Shown: positions 15,610 to 23,976 of the stretch, in pieces | How the letters are laid out: each line of letters starts with the position of its first letter | Numbering within the stretch: position 1 is the first letter of the stretch | Origin: Candidatus Magasanikiibacteriota bacterium | Lineage (GTDB): Bacteria; Patescibacteriota; Patescibacteriia; Magasanikbacterales; GWA2-37-8 | NCBI GenBank assembly: GCA_036744835.1 | Contig: DAIOHD010000001.1 | Location: 399,860 to 463,859 of the forward strand | Direction: 5' to 3' | DNA length: 64,000 nucleotides | Notes under the pieces: generated by a model | Seen by the model: only the letters and a program-made list of their open reading frames with translations | The model's database searches: none | What the model was told of the DNA's origin: nothing | Program-made: the position numbers and the translations under genes

Positions 15610-16452
15610 ATGGAGAATTTATTATTACCGTCAAAAGTGGAGTTTAGCGAAAGTGAACAAGGTAATATCGGGGTGGTTACCGTTTCGCCTTGTTATTTCG
15701 GTTATGGCACCACTTTAGGAAATGCTCTTCGTCGCGTACTTTTATCTTCGCTTCCCGGAGCGGCTGTAGAATCCTTTAAAATTAAAGGGGTTCAGCATGA
15801 ATTTTCTACCATCGAAGGTGTAAAAGAAGATATAGTGGAAATTATGCTTAATCTTAAACAATTGGTAATCAAAGTTTATTCCGAAGAACCGGTGACTTTG
15901 TCTTTGACCAAAAAAGGTCCAGGTGCGGTAACAGCAGCTGATTTTGATAAAAATTCCGCAGTGGAAATAATCAATCCTGAATTGGTTATCGCCAATTTAA
16001 CTTCTAACAAAAACTTTGAAATGGAAATTACGGTTGGGGTAGGTAGAGGTTTTAGAACTGTCGAAGAAAAAGATAAACAGATGGTAGATTTAGGAACTAT
16101 TTTGATAGATTCTATCTATACTCCGATAAAAGATATCGGTTACAGTGTAGAATATACTCGTGTGGGCGATATCACCAATTATGAGAAATTGGCACTGATT
16201 ATCGAAACCAATGGTTCTATTTCACCAAAATATGCTTTGGAACAAGCTGTTGATATCTTGATGGAACACTTTAAAATTGTTGCTTCCGGTATTAAAACAG
16301 AAAAAGATTCTACAAAAGAAGAATTTATTTCTGCGGAAAAAGAAATTGAAGGTATTGACGAAGAATCAGTAATTAAAAATGAAAAAACTACTAAAGAAAA
16401 AGGAGAAAAGGTCGCGAAAAAAATCAAAAAAACGACTAAAAAAAGCAAATAA
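15610..16452 (+). CDS. rpoA: DNA-directed RNA polymerase alpha subunit (N-terminal domain only; K/E-rich tail instead of canonical alpha-CTD)
   Basis: LGNALRRVLLSSLPGAAV...EGVKEDIVEIMLNLKQL is the alpha-NTD signature. At 280 aa the C-terminal 60 aa are low-complexity lysine-rich. Confidence 0.9.
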   Translation: MENLLLPSKVEFSESEQGNIGVVTVSPCYFGYGTTLGNALRRVLLSSLPGAAVESFKIKGVQHEFSTIEGVKEDIVEIMLNLKQLVIKVYSEEPVTLSLTKKGPGAVTAADFDKNSAVEIINPELVIANLTSNKNFEMEITVGVGRGFRTVEEKDKQMVDLGTILIDSIYTPIKDIGYSVEYTRVGDITNYEKLALIIETNGSISPKYALEQAVDILMEHFKIVASGIKTEKDSTKEEFISAEKEIEGIDEESVIKNEKTTKEKGEKVAKKIKKTTKKSK

Positions 16453-16455
16453 TAT

Positions 16456-16806
16456 ATGAGACATAAAAGTAAAAAAATAACTTTGGATAGAAAAGCCGCT
16501 CCACGTAAAGCGTTATTGGCTAATTTAGCCGAAAGTCTGATTCTTTACGGAAAAATTCGTACCACCAAAGCCAAAGCCAGAGCTGCTCGCTCTACAGTAG
16601 AAAAATTGGTGACTACTGCCAAAAGAAATGATTTGAACGCTCGTCGTCAAATTGCTAAAATTCTTTATACTGAAAATGCGGTAAAAAAATTAATGGAAGT
16701 TTACGGCCCTAAATATAAAGAGGTTAAAGGTGGATATACCAGGGTGATTATTCTAAAAAACCGTATCGGTGACGGAGCCGAAGAAGCGGTTGTTGAATTT
16801 ATTTAA
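16456..16806 (+). CDS. rplQ: 50S ribosomal protein L17
   Basis: MRHKSKKITLDRKAAPRKALLANLAESLILYGKIRTTKAKA... Confidence 0.95.
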   Translation: MRHKSKKITLDRKAAPRKALLANLAESLILYGKIRTTKAKARAARSTVEKLVTTAKRNDLNARRQIAKILYTENAVKKLMEVYGPKYKEVKGGYTRVIILKNRIGDGAEEAVVEFI

Positions 16807-16817
16807 TTTATTGCGTT

Positions 16818-17165
16818 ATGAATAGAAAGAAATTTGAATTTGATGCTACCGGCATGGCTCCGGGACGCTTGGCCACGCAAATTGCCAAAATCTTGATGGG
16901 TAAACACAAAGTCGGTTATGAACCTCGTTTGGATAAAGGTGATAAAGTGGTAATAACCAATGTTGATAAAATTAAATTTACCGGTAAAAAATTGGATCAA
17001 AAAGTTTATCGTCATCACAGTATGCACCCGGGTGGTTTAAAAGAAATTCCGGCTAAAAAGATTATGAAAGATGATCCTAAAAAAATAGTTTTACTTGCAG
17101 TCGCTAAAATGTTGCCAAAAAACAAACTACGCGATGGTAGATTGCTAAGAATATCTTTTAAATAA
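16818..17165 (+). CDS. rplM: 50S ribosomal protein L13
   Basis: DATGMAPGRLATQIAKILMGKHK...VYRHHSMHPGGLKE aligns to the L13 core. Confidence 0.9.
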   Translation: MNRKKFEFDATGMAPGRLATQIAKILMGKHKVGYEPRLDKGDKVVITNVDKIKFTGKKLDQKVYRHHSMHPGGLKEIPAKKIMKDDPKKIVLLAVAKMLPKNKLRDGRLLRISFK

Positions 17166-17170
17166 TTTTT

Positions 17171-17596
17171 ATGGTAAAAACAGTAAAAGCTACATTGAAA
17201 AATGTAAAAAATAAAGATGAAAATCGCGCCGTTGGTCGCCGTAAATCGGCTTCTGCTCGTGTTCGTATAGGCAAGGGTGAAGGTAAAATTACGGTTAACG
17301 GCAAAGATTACAAAGAATATTTTTCTTTTTTTGAACAAGGTGTTGTTGTAACTCCTCTAAAAACCTTGGCTAAAGAAAAAGATTTGGATATTTCTGTAAA
17401 AGTGAACGGTGGTGGTAAAAAAGGACAAGCCGTAGCCGTGCAACACGGCATTGCTCGTGCTTTATTAAAATGGAACGAGGACTTTAGAAAAACCTTGAAA
17501 GCCGCCAATTTATTAACTCGAGATCCTCGAGTTAAAGAAAGAAAGAAGCCGGGTTTGAAAAAAGCTCGCCGTGCCCCACAGTGGTCGAAGCGTTAA
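17171..17596 (+). CDS. rpsI: 30S ribosomal protein S9
   Basis: ...GRRKSASARVRIGKGEGKITVNG...GLKKARRAPQWSKR, the characteristic S9 C-terminus. Confidence 0.95.
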   Translation: MVKTVKATLKNVKNKDENRAVGRRKSASARVRIGKGEGKITVNGKDYKEYFSFFEQGVVVTPLKTLAKEKDLDISVKVNGGGKKGQAVAVQHGIARALLKWNEDFRKTLKAANLLTRDPRVKERKKPGLKKARRAPQWSKR

Positions 17597-17718
17597 GCGA
17601 GACCAGTGTGGCAGAGGGGGGTCGGGGGAACTGGGTGTTCCACCGCGGAGGAGAGCAGCGAAGCGCTGAGAACCGTGGGTTCTTAGAGCGCGCAGCGCCC
17701 GCAAATGGTCCAAACGTT
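17597..17718 (+). pseudogene. GC-rich degenerate second copy of the rpsI 3' end (frame-disrupted remnant ending ...LRARSARKWSKR*)
   Basis: AGA GCG CGC AGC GCC CGC AAA TGG TCC AAA CGT TAA aligns codon-for-codon with the native rpsI end AAA GCT CGC CGT GCC CCA CAG TGG TCG AAG CGT TAA. About 65% GC versus about 30% for the window, and an in-frame TGA lies upstream. Confidence 0.55.
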
Positions 17719-17738
17719 AAACTATTACTTCAAAAAAG

Positions 17739-17765
17739 CACTCCCAATTTGGGGGTGTTTTTTTA
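17739..17765 (+). terminator. intrinsic terminator (CACTCCC-AATTT-GGGGGTG + T8)
   Basis: 7-bp stem followed by a U-tract, directly after the rpsI remnant. Confidence 0.7.
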
Positions 17766-17774
17766 TTTGTAATA

Positions 17775-17803
17775 TTGACTTTTCCTTGAATATATGCTAA
17801 TAT
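17775..17803 (+). promoter_or_regulatory. sigma-70 promoter TTGACT-17-TAATAT for the DUF218 gene
   Basis: TTGACT at 17775-17780, a 17-nt spacer, TAATAT at 17798-17803, then SD AGAGGGG. Confidence 0.7.
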
Positions 17804-17846
17804 ATTCTGTTAACGTTCATTAACATTATTAGAGGGGAATAAAGTC

Positions 17847-18434
17847 ATGGAAGACAAGCAGGTTCTCGGTTTTATTTTTGTGCCTGCCGAACAAGTGGAA
17901 ACACAGGACAAACTGTCCGCTCGGACCATTGCGCGCTTGGAGAAAGCGTTGCAGATTCACCGGAAAGGAGAACATGTCTTTTTCGTAGTTTCCGGCGGGA
18001 TATTCAATCCGCCCGAGATTCAGACGCAACCGGCCGGCAAACTGATGAAGGAATGGTTGATAGCCCAAGGAATCAACCAAGACCTCGTTCTTGTTGAGGA
18101 TCGATCGCTTGATACCTACGAAAACATCGAGAGGTCAATGGCTTTGATAGGTACCAAGATCTGGATGAAACATTTTCCTTTCCAATACCAAGGGGTAACC
18201 TATGTCACGCCGTGCGAAGGAAAAGTGGTGATCGTGAGCGATCACTGGCACCTTAAACGGTTTAAGCGATTGATGGTGTGCAGCAAGATTCCGATTACTT
18301 TTGAAGAATCGAGATATAAACTTGGTTTCTTGGGAATCGTTAAAGAGATCGTTTTTCTTGTTATCACGTATTTTGATCCCGAAGGAGAGGGGTATTTAAA
18401 TTGTTTCAACCGAGAGAGACGTCGTCAGAGTTGA
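17847..18434 (+). CDS. DUF218 (YdcF/SanA/ElyC-like) domain protein, GC-rich (about 48% GC) gene
   Basis: ...VVSGGIFNP...EAGKLMKEWLIAQGINQDLVLVEDRSLDTYENIERS matches the DUF218 core (SGG...E..S.DT.EN). Composition differs sharply from the flanking genes. Confidence 0.8.
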   Translation: MEDKQVLGFIFVPAEQVETQDKLSARTIARLEKALQIHRKGEHVFFVVSGGIFNPPEIQTQPAGKLMKEWLIAQGINQDLVLVEDRSLDTYENIERSMALIGTKIWMKHFPFQYQGVTYVTPCEGKVVIVSDHWHLKRFKRLMVCSKIPITFEESRYKLGFLGIVKEIVFLVITYFDPEGEGYLNCFNRERRRQS

Positions 18435-18444
18435 TAAAATTTTT

Positions 18445-18473
18445 GCCGGACCTATAAAGGTCCGGCTTTTTTG
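18445..18473 (+). terminator. intrinsic terminator (GCCGGACC-TATAAA-GGTCCGGC + T6)
   Basis: Perfect 8-bp GC stem and a U-tract. Confidence 0.85.
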
Positions 18474-18549
18474 TATTTAAAAATGTTTTTTCAAGAGGTG
18501 TTTTTTTATTTGTAAAAAGCAAAAAAGCCTGATATACTACCAAAAGATT

Positions 18550-19977
18550 ATGAGTAATAGTATTGCAAAAAATACCACTTTTATGACTATGGCTTCTGTA
18601 CTCCAACGGGTCGTTTCTTTTGTTTACTTCATTATCATTGCTAGAATTATTGGGGCGGAGAATACCGGCGATTACTTTTTTGCTTTATCTTTTTCTACAA
18701 TATTTTTAGTAATAGCGGATTTCGGTTTAAATAATGTTTTGACCCGTGAATTAGCGCGAAGTCAGGAAAAAAGTGGTGTTTTTTTAAACAATTTATTAAG
18801 TATCAAACTATTACTTGGTTTTGTTTCTTATGGTTTGATCATTTTAGCCGCAAATTTATTGAATTACAGCGAATCAACCAAACAATTGATTTATGTTGCC
18901 GGTATTACGGTAATTTTTGATAGTTTACAAAATCTTTTCTACGCATCTTTGCGCGCGGCACAAAATTTGCGCTATGAAGCCATTGGAATATTTTTATCAC
19001 AAGTACTGACGATGATTATTGGCACCACAGCTTTGATTTTGGGGTGGCCTTTATATTTTTTGATTTTAGCTTATACTATTCCGAGTTTTTTGAGTGTTTT
19101 TTATTCCGGTTTTTTTGCAACCAAGATTTTATCTTTACGTTTTCGACTTTTGTGGCAAAAGGATGTTGTTAAACCTTTTTTATTGATGGCCATTCCTTTT
19201 TTTGCTGCCGCGATTATTGGAAAATTATATGCTTATAGTGATTCTCTTTTGATGAGTAAAATGTTGACCAAAACCGAGCTTGGCTATTGGAGTGTACCTT
19301 ACAAGATAGTTTTTGCTTTTCAGTTTATCCCGATAGCTTTGACGGCTAGTATGTATCCGGCTATTTCAGCTTTGTTTGTTCAAGAAAATAAAGAAAAAAT
19401 AGCTTACCTATTATTGAAAGGGTGGCGTTATCTTTTACTTGTCGCTATGCCGTTAACTTTTGGTATTTATACTATTGCTGATAAATTTATAATTTCTTTT
19501 TATTCTGCCGCTTACGCTCCGTCGGTAACGGTTCTCAAAGTTCTTATCTTTAGTTTGGTATTTTCTTATCTCAACTATACTATGGCCGCACTGCTTAATG
19601 CAGTTAACAAACAAGGAGAGCAAACATTATTAGTTTTGTCGGCTTTGATAATAAGTGTGTTATTAAATTTATATTTATTACCAAGATATGGCGTGATTGG
19701 AGCGGCTTATGCTGCGTTGTTTAGTAATGTTTTATTATCAATTTTTTCTTTTTGGCGGGTGAGAAAAATTATTTTATTGCCGATTAAAAATATAATAGTT
19801 TTGTTTGATCAGTTTCTATGGCCGTCCATTATCATGGCTGTCAGTGTAATAATTTTACAAAAATATTGGCACTTTTCTTTTTGTATTGTTGCCGGAATTC
19901 TTATTTATCTTTCCACGGCTTTTGTTTTTGGTGGATTAAATCGCGAAGATTTTAATATCAAAAAATTAATTATATAG
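18550..19977 (+). CDS. polysaccharide biosynthesis protein / oligosaccharide flippase (Wzx-like, MOP superfamily)
   Basis: 475 aa with about 12 predicted TM helices and the typical N-terminal ...RVVSFVYFIIIARIIGAENTGDYFFALS pattern. Confidence 0.75.
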   Translation: MSNSIAKNTTFMTMASVLQRVVSFVYFIIIARIIGAENTGDYFFALSFSTIFLVIADFGLNNVLTRELARSQEKSGVFLNNLLSIKLLLGFVSYGLIILAANLLNYSESTKQLIYVAGITVIFDSLQNLFYASLRAAQNLRYEAIGIFLSQVLTMIIGTTALILGWPLYFLILAYTIPSFLSVFYSGFFATKILSLRFRLLWQKDVVKPFLLMAIPFFAAAIIGKLYAYSDSLLMSKMLTKTELGYWSVPYKIVFAFQFIPIALTASMYPAISALFVQENKEKIAYLLLKGWRYLLLVAMPLTFGIYTIADKFIISFYSAAYAPSVTVLKVLIFSLVFSYLNYTMAALLNAVNKQGEQTLLVLSALIISVLLNLYLLPRYGVIGAAYAALFSNVLLSIFSFWRVRKIILLPIKNIIVLFDQFLWPSIIMAVSVIILQKYWHFSFCIVAGILIYLSTAFVFGGLNREDFNIKKLII

Positions 19978-19978
19978 T

Positions 19979-21091
19979 ATGAAAACTCTACTTATTACTT
20001 TGGAATATCCGCCAAAAATCGGAGGTATAGCGTCTTATGTCTATAATTTTGTATCGCATTTACAAACAGACCAGCTGATAGTTTATGCTCCAAAAATAAA
20101 AGAAGACAAAGAGTATGATGCTAAAAACGATTGGAAAACTTATCGTTTTAATCCCTACTTTTCTTTTTTTTGGCCAAGATGGTTGCGTTTATTTTTACAA
20201 ATTCGTAAAATTATTAAAAAAGAAAAAATAGAAAAAATTTACGTTCATCACGTATTACCCTCCGGTTACGTAGCTTTTTTATGTAAAAAGATTTATAAAA
20301 TACCATACTATATTTTTTTTCATGGTACGGATTTGGAGGTTGGGTTGAAAAAAAAGGCAAGAAAAATAAAAATGGTTTGTAAAAATGCGGATAAAATCGT
20401 AGTTAGTGGAGAGTTTTTAAAAAATAAATTAATTTCTCGCTTGGAAGATCTAGAAAATAAAATTATTATTTTACACCCTTGTCCGGGAGATTTATTTTTA
20501 ACACCGCAAGATCCGGAAGAATTGGAAAATCTAAAAGCAAAATTAGCGCTCAAAGGCAAAAAAGTTTTAATTTCGGTTGGACGTTTGGCTGATGGCAAGG
20601 GTTTTCCTCATATGGTCAGATTATTACCAAAAATTTTAGAAAAAATTCCCAACTTAGTTTGGTTGGTCATAGGTGATGGTCCGAAAAAGGAAGAGTTGAT
20701 TAAAAATATTCAAAAAAATTATTTACAAAATGTCACTAGATTTATGGGGCTTGTTCCTTTGGCGGATTTACCAAAATATTATCAAATGGCGGATGCTTTT
20801 GTTTTGCTTACACATAAAGATGAAGGATTAGAAGAAGGATGGGGAACGGTATTTTTAGAAGCCAGCGCCTCTGGTTTGCCGGTTATTGCCGGGAGGGTCG
20901 GTGGAGTGGAAGAAACGGTTGAAAATTTAGTTACGGGTATATTAGTTGATATTTATCAAGATCAAGGCGTGGTTTCTGCAATTACTGAAATTTTGAGAAA
21001 TTCTGAGTATGCTAAACAGATGGGAGAAGCGGGGAGAGAACGTATACTCCGAGAGTTTACGTGGGAGAAGCAAATTGCGAAATTAAAATAA
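19979..21091 (+). CDS. glycosyltransferase family 4 (GT4/GT-B)
   Basis: EGWGTVFLEASASGLPVIAGRVGGVEETVENLVTG is the GT4 E-x7-E region. Confidence 0.85.
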   Translation: MKTLLITLEYPPKIGGIASYVYNFVSHLQTDQLIVYAPKIKEDKEYDAKNDWKTYRFNPYFSFFWPRWLRLFLQIRKIIKKEKIEKIYVHHVLPSGYVAFLCKKIYKIPYYIFFHGTDLEVGLKKKARKIKMVCKNADKIVVSGEFLKNKLISRLEDLENKIIILHPCPGDLFLTPQDPEELENLKAKLALKGKKVLISVGRLADGKGFPHMVRLLPKILEKIPNLVWLVIGDGPKKEELIKNIQKNYLQNVTRFMGLVPLADLPKYYQMADAFVLLTHKDEGLEEGWGTVFLEASASGLPVIAGRVGGVEETVENLVTGILVDIYQDQGVVSAITEILRNSEYAKQMGEAGRERILREFTWEKQIAKLK

Positions 21092-21193
21092 TTTTTAATT
21101 TTACAATTTTGCAATTTTTATTTAATTTAAAATATTCAATTTACAATTTAAAATTAAAGCATTAAAAATTAACTAAAAATTTTAAATTAAAAA

Positions 21194-21913
21194 TTGAAAA
21201 TTTATTGTATGGTCTCCATCATCATTCCTATCTATAACCACAAACACACTATTATTAAATCCCTTGAATCAATCATGGGGCAGACTTTCCGTCCCCTAGA
21301 AGTGATAATAGTCAACGATGGTAGCACAGACAAATTTGAGGAAATAGTGCCAAAATTGACCGAAATAGGCCGTATTAATAGAGTAGAGGTAAAAGTGCTC
21401 AATCAGGCCAATATGGGGGCTCCTAAGGCTAGAAATGAGGGTTTTTTGGCCTCTCATGGAGAGTACTTGATCTTCTGGGATGCAGACACTATTGGAGATC
21501 CCCAAATGCTCCAAAAAATGGTTAAAATATTAGATCAAAAGCCGGAAATTAGTTTTGTATATAGTGGGTTTAAATTTGGTTGGAAGAAGTTTAAGAATTG
21601 TGCTTTTGATTCGGAAAAATTGAAAGAATTTAATTTTATAGATATTACCAGTTTAATAAGAAGAAAAGATTTTGTTCCGTTTGATGAAAGTTTGAAAAAA
21701 TTCCAGGATTGGGATTTTTGGTTGGGACTTTCTTTGTCCGGTAAAAAAGGGGAATGGATTAATGAAGTGTTGTATAAGAAAATTGTTCGTGGAAGAAAAG
21801 GAATTAGTTCCTGGTTACCAAGCTTTTTTTATAAGTTGCCGTGGAAAACGAAGGAAGTGAAAAAATATGAAGAAGCGAAAGAAATTATTTACAAAAAACA
21901 CCATTTGAATTAG
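21194..21913 (+). CDS. glycosyltransferase family 2
   Basis: SIIIPIYNHKHTI...LEVIIVNDGSTD (GT2 DxD-type N-terminal region). The true start may be the Met at 21209. Confidence 0.8.
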   Translation: MKIYCMVSIIIPIYNHKHTIIKSLESIMGQTFRPLEVIIVNDGSTDKFEEIVPKLTEIGRINRVEVKVLNQANMGAPKARNEGFLASHGEYLIFWDADTIGDPQMLQKMVKILDQKPEISFVYSGFKFGWKKFKNCAFDSEKLKEFNFIDITSLIRRKDFVPFDESLKKFQDWDFWLGLSLSGKKGEWINEVLYKKIVRGRKGISSWLPSFFYKLPWKTKEVKKYEEAKEIIYKKHHLN

Positions 21914-22495
21914 TATTAAGTAGATAGATTAAATATTTAAAAAACCACAGACATCTCGCCTGCGGTTTTTTGTCTCCCCTGAATATCCAACATCCTTCTC
22001 TCGTATCAGTATTATTTTTTTCTTTAATCCACTTTTTGTAACCAAAAACTGGAGGAAAAAGTTTCCTCGCGGTTGAACCAAATACTGCCAGTTGTCTTCT
22101 TCGCTGTCTCTTTTGTTCAAAACTCGACCTTCCGTCTACAACGGAAGGTCTCAAACAATTGAACAAATTTTGCTATAAGGCAAAACCATTCCAGTTCATC
22201 GCAACTGCTAATTATTTGGTTCAAATGCTCGGACTGGCGAATTGGCGGTGAAGGCGAACATTTAAAAATACGAACAAATTTTGTTAAGGAGTGGAGCGTT
22301 AAGAAATTCTACTGTTTGAGGAATGCAATGACGAGTTTAGAATTTTAGCGTAGCGACCTTTACAAAATTGTGAGGATTTTTAACAGTGAGCGATTTTCTT
22401 TCAGTCCATTTTCTTTTCTAAAAAGAAAGTGGACGAAAACCGCGAAGCAGGATAAAAATATTTAGTAAGAAGGATGTAGGAATAATAAGGAATAT

Positions 22496-23914
22496 TTAAT
22501 ACTCCAATTTTTTATGTAGAAGAAAAATGACGAAAACTATTCCCATCACATGGAATAATACCGGAGAAGTGATATTGATAATCAAAAGAGAAATTAGAAG
22601 TGATAATGAAAGTTGATTGTTTTTTGTTTGTTTAAATAATATCCAAATCAAAGTGAGCCAAATGATAAATCCGATAATTCCCAGTTCACCAATAATTTCT
22701 AGGTAACCCCAATCGTAATGTGGAGTAGTAATTTCTTTTTTAAAAACAGGGGAGTAAACAACCAAACTGTCGCCTAAACCGTTGCCAACAATCGGATGAA
22801 CTTTTATTTTTTCCCAAATTTTTGGCAATAACATCATGCGGGAAAGAGAACTATTTTCGGAATTGGGATCAACGATACTTTGAGCGCGACCAAGAAGTAA
22901 ATTTAATCCTGTGTCTTTACCGTGAGTTATTATTAAATTTGTTGAACAAAAAATAGTTAGATAAATGATGGCGGATAGAATATAAATAGAAAAAGCTTTT
23001 TTCCAATTAGTTTTGTTGATAAGAAATAAAGCCCCAAAAATTATCGCCAAGTGATAAATGCGGGTAAAGTTAATTCCCAAAACAAAAAGTAAAGCGGATA
23101 GTACGGCGATATTTTGCCAAGTAATTTTTTCTTTGATTGTTTTGTAAAGCCAATAAAGTAAAATTGGGGCAAGTAGTAGTTGTTCATTGAGAACTAGTCG
23201 ATAAAAATTTCCTCCCATTTCCGTGATTTTCCCCAAACCGATATCGCGATACCAATGGTAATAAGGACTAAACATCGCCAGCCACCCAGAAGAATATCCG
23301 ATAAAAGTCAATAAAATAAATAAAGCATTGCCGATAATCGCGGCCAGAATCATTTTTTTGGCAAAAGCAATAAATTCAGTGTTGTCCAAAAGTTCTTTGA
23401 GTGGAAAGTAATAAAAAAGAAAAAAATAGGGGATAGCGTCGGAAAAAACTAAATTTACGGCATGTCCGTTGAAAAAACCGACAATAGTGGAAATTCCAGT
23501 GGATAACACCAGTAAACCAAAAATTATACTTATGATTTTGTTTTCTTTAATCAAAGGAATCAATTGTTTGTGTTTTAATTTTTGGAAGATAAAAATCAAA
23601 GCCGAAGATATCAAAAGCAAAGTACGAAGTGACAGTCCAAAAGCGGAAAGAAATCCTCCAGCCCCGCCCAAAATCAATTCAAACGCGATAAAATACCAAC
23701 CTTCTCTGCGACGGGCAATTAGCAAAGCGGCGGTAATGCTCAAAAAGAATAATGTCAAAACAGTATTCATCCAATCACCCGGTTGGAAATAAAAAGAGAA
23801 GACGCGGAGTAGCGCGTAGTCAAGTAAGAGTAGATATGCGGGGTAAGTGGAGAACATAATTATAAAGAATATCAAATTTCCAATATCCAATGTCAAATCA
23901 ACGACAAATATCAA
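22496..23914 (-). CDS. O-antigen ligase/polymerase family membrane protein (Wzy_C-like)
   Basis: Multi-TM protein with the motif HYDWGYLEIIGELGIIGFIIW (H..YLE..GE.G..G). The N-terminal 20 codons are encoded by the CCAAT repeat, so the start is probably the internal Met. Confidence 0.65.
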   Translation of the reverse strand: MIFVVDLTLDIGNLIFFIIMFSTYPAYLLLLDYALLRVFSFYFQPGDWMNTVLTLFFLSITAALLIARRREGWYFIAFELILGGAGGFLSAFGLSLRTLLLISSALIFIFQKLKHKQLIPLIKENKIISIIFGLLVLSTGISTIVGFFNGHAVNLVFSDAIPYFFLFYYFPLKELLDNTEFIAFAKKMILAAIIGNALFILLTFIGYSSGWLAMFSPYYHWYRDIGLGKITEMGGNFYRLVLNEQLLLAPILLYWLYKTIKEKITWQNIAVLSALLFVLGINFTRIYHLAIIFGALFLINKTNWKKAFSIYILSAIIYLTIFCSTNLIITHGKDTGLNLLLGRAQSIVDPNSENSSLSRMMLLPKIWEKIKVHPIVGNGLGDSLVVYSPVFKKEITTPHYDWGYLEIIGELGIIGFIIWLTLIWILFKQTKNNQLSLSLLISLLIINITSPVLFHVMGIVFVIFLLHKKLEY

Positions 23915-23975
23915 ATTTGTAATTGGACATTTGGACTTTGAAATTGATTGGAAATTGGTAATTTGACATTTGAAA
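23869..23975. repeat. (CCAAT-N)n / (ATTGG-N)n inverted repeat pair (TCCAATATCCAATGTCAAATCAA ... AATTGGACATTTGGACTTTGAAATTGATTGGAAATTGG)
   Basis: Same family as 1041-1096/1436-1490. Spans the 5' end of the O-antigen-ligase ORF and the 3' end of fmt. Confidence 0.75.
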
Positions 23976-23976
23976 T

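Noticed and set aside
17597-17720. GC-rich ~120-nt stretch after rpsI considered as a small SRP (4.5S) RNA. It contains GGAGGAGAGCAGC, reminiscent of the helix-8 GGAAGGAAGCAGC.
   Set aside because: The segment translates, in one frame, to a clear paralog of the S9 C-terminus (...RARSARKWSKR*) aligned codon-by-codon with the native rpsI end. No GNRA-capped helix-8 fold could be drawn. It is better explained as a recombination remnant.
17513-17772. ORFs 17513..17713 (-) and 17581..17772 (+) in the GC-rich islet.
   Set aside because: They are typical GC-rich chance ORFs. They overlap the rpsI remnant and the terminator and have no SD.
21914-22495. Long intergenic region considered as RNase P RNA (AGUCCGAGC on the minus strand) or tmRNA.
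   Set aside because: No partner ACAGAA/GGCUUA P4 strand, no tag-peptide frame, and no T-arm or CCA end. Retained only as an unclassified structured region.
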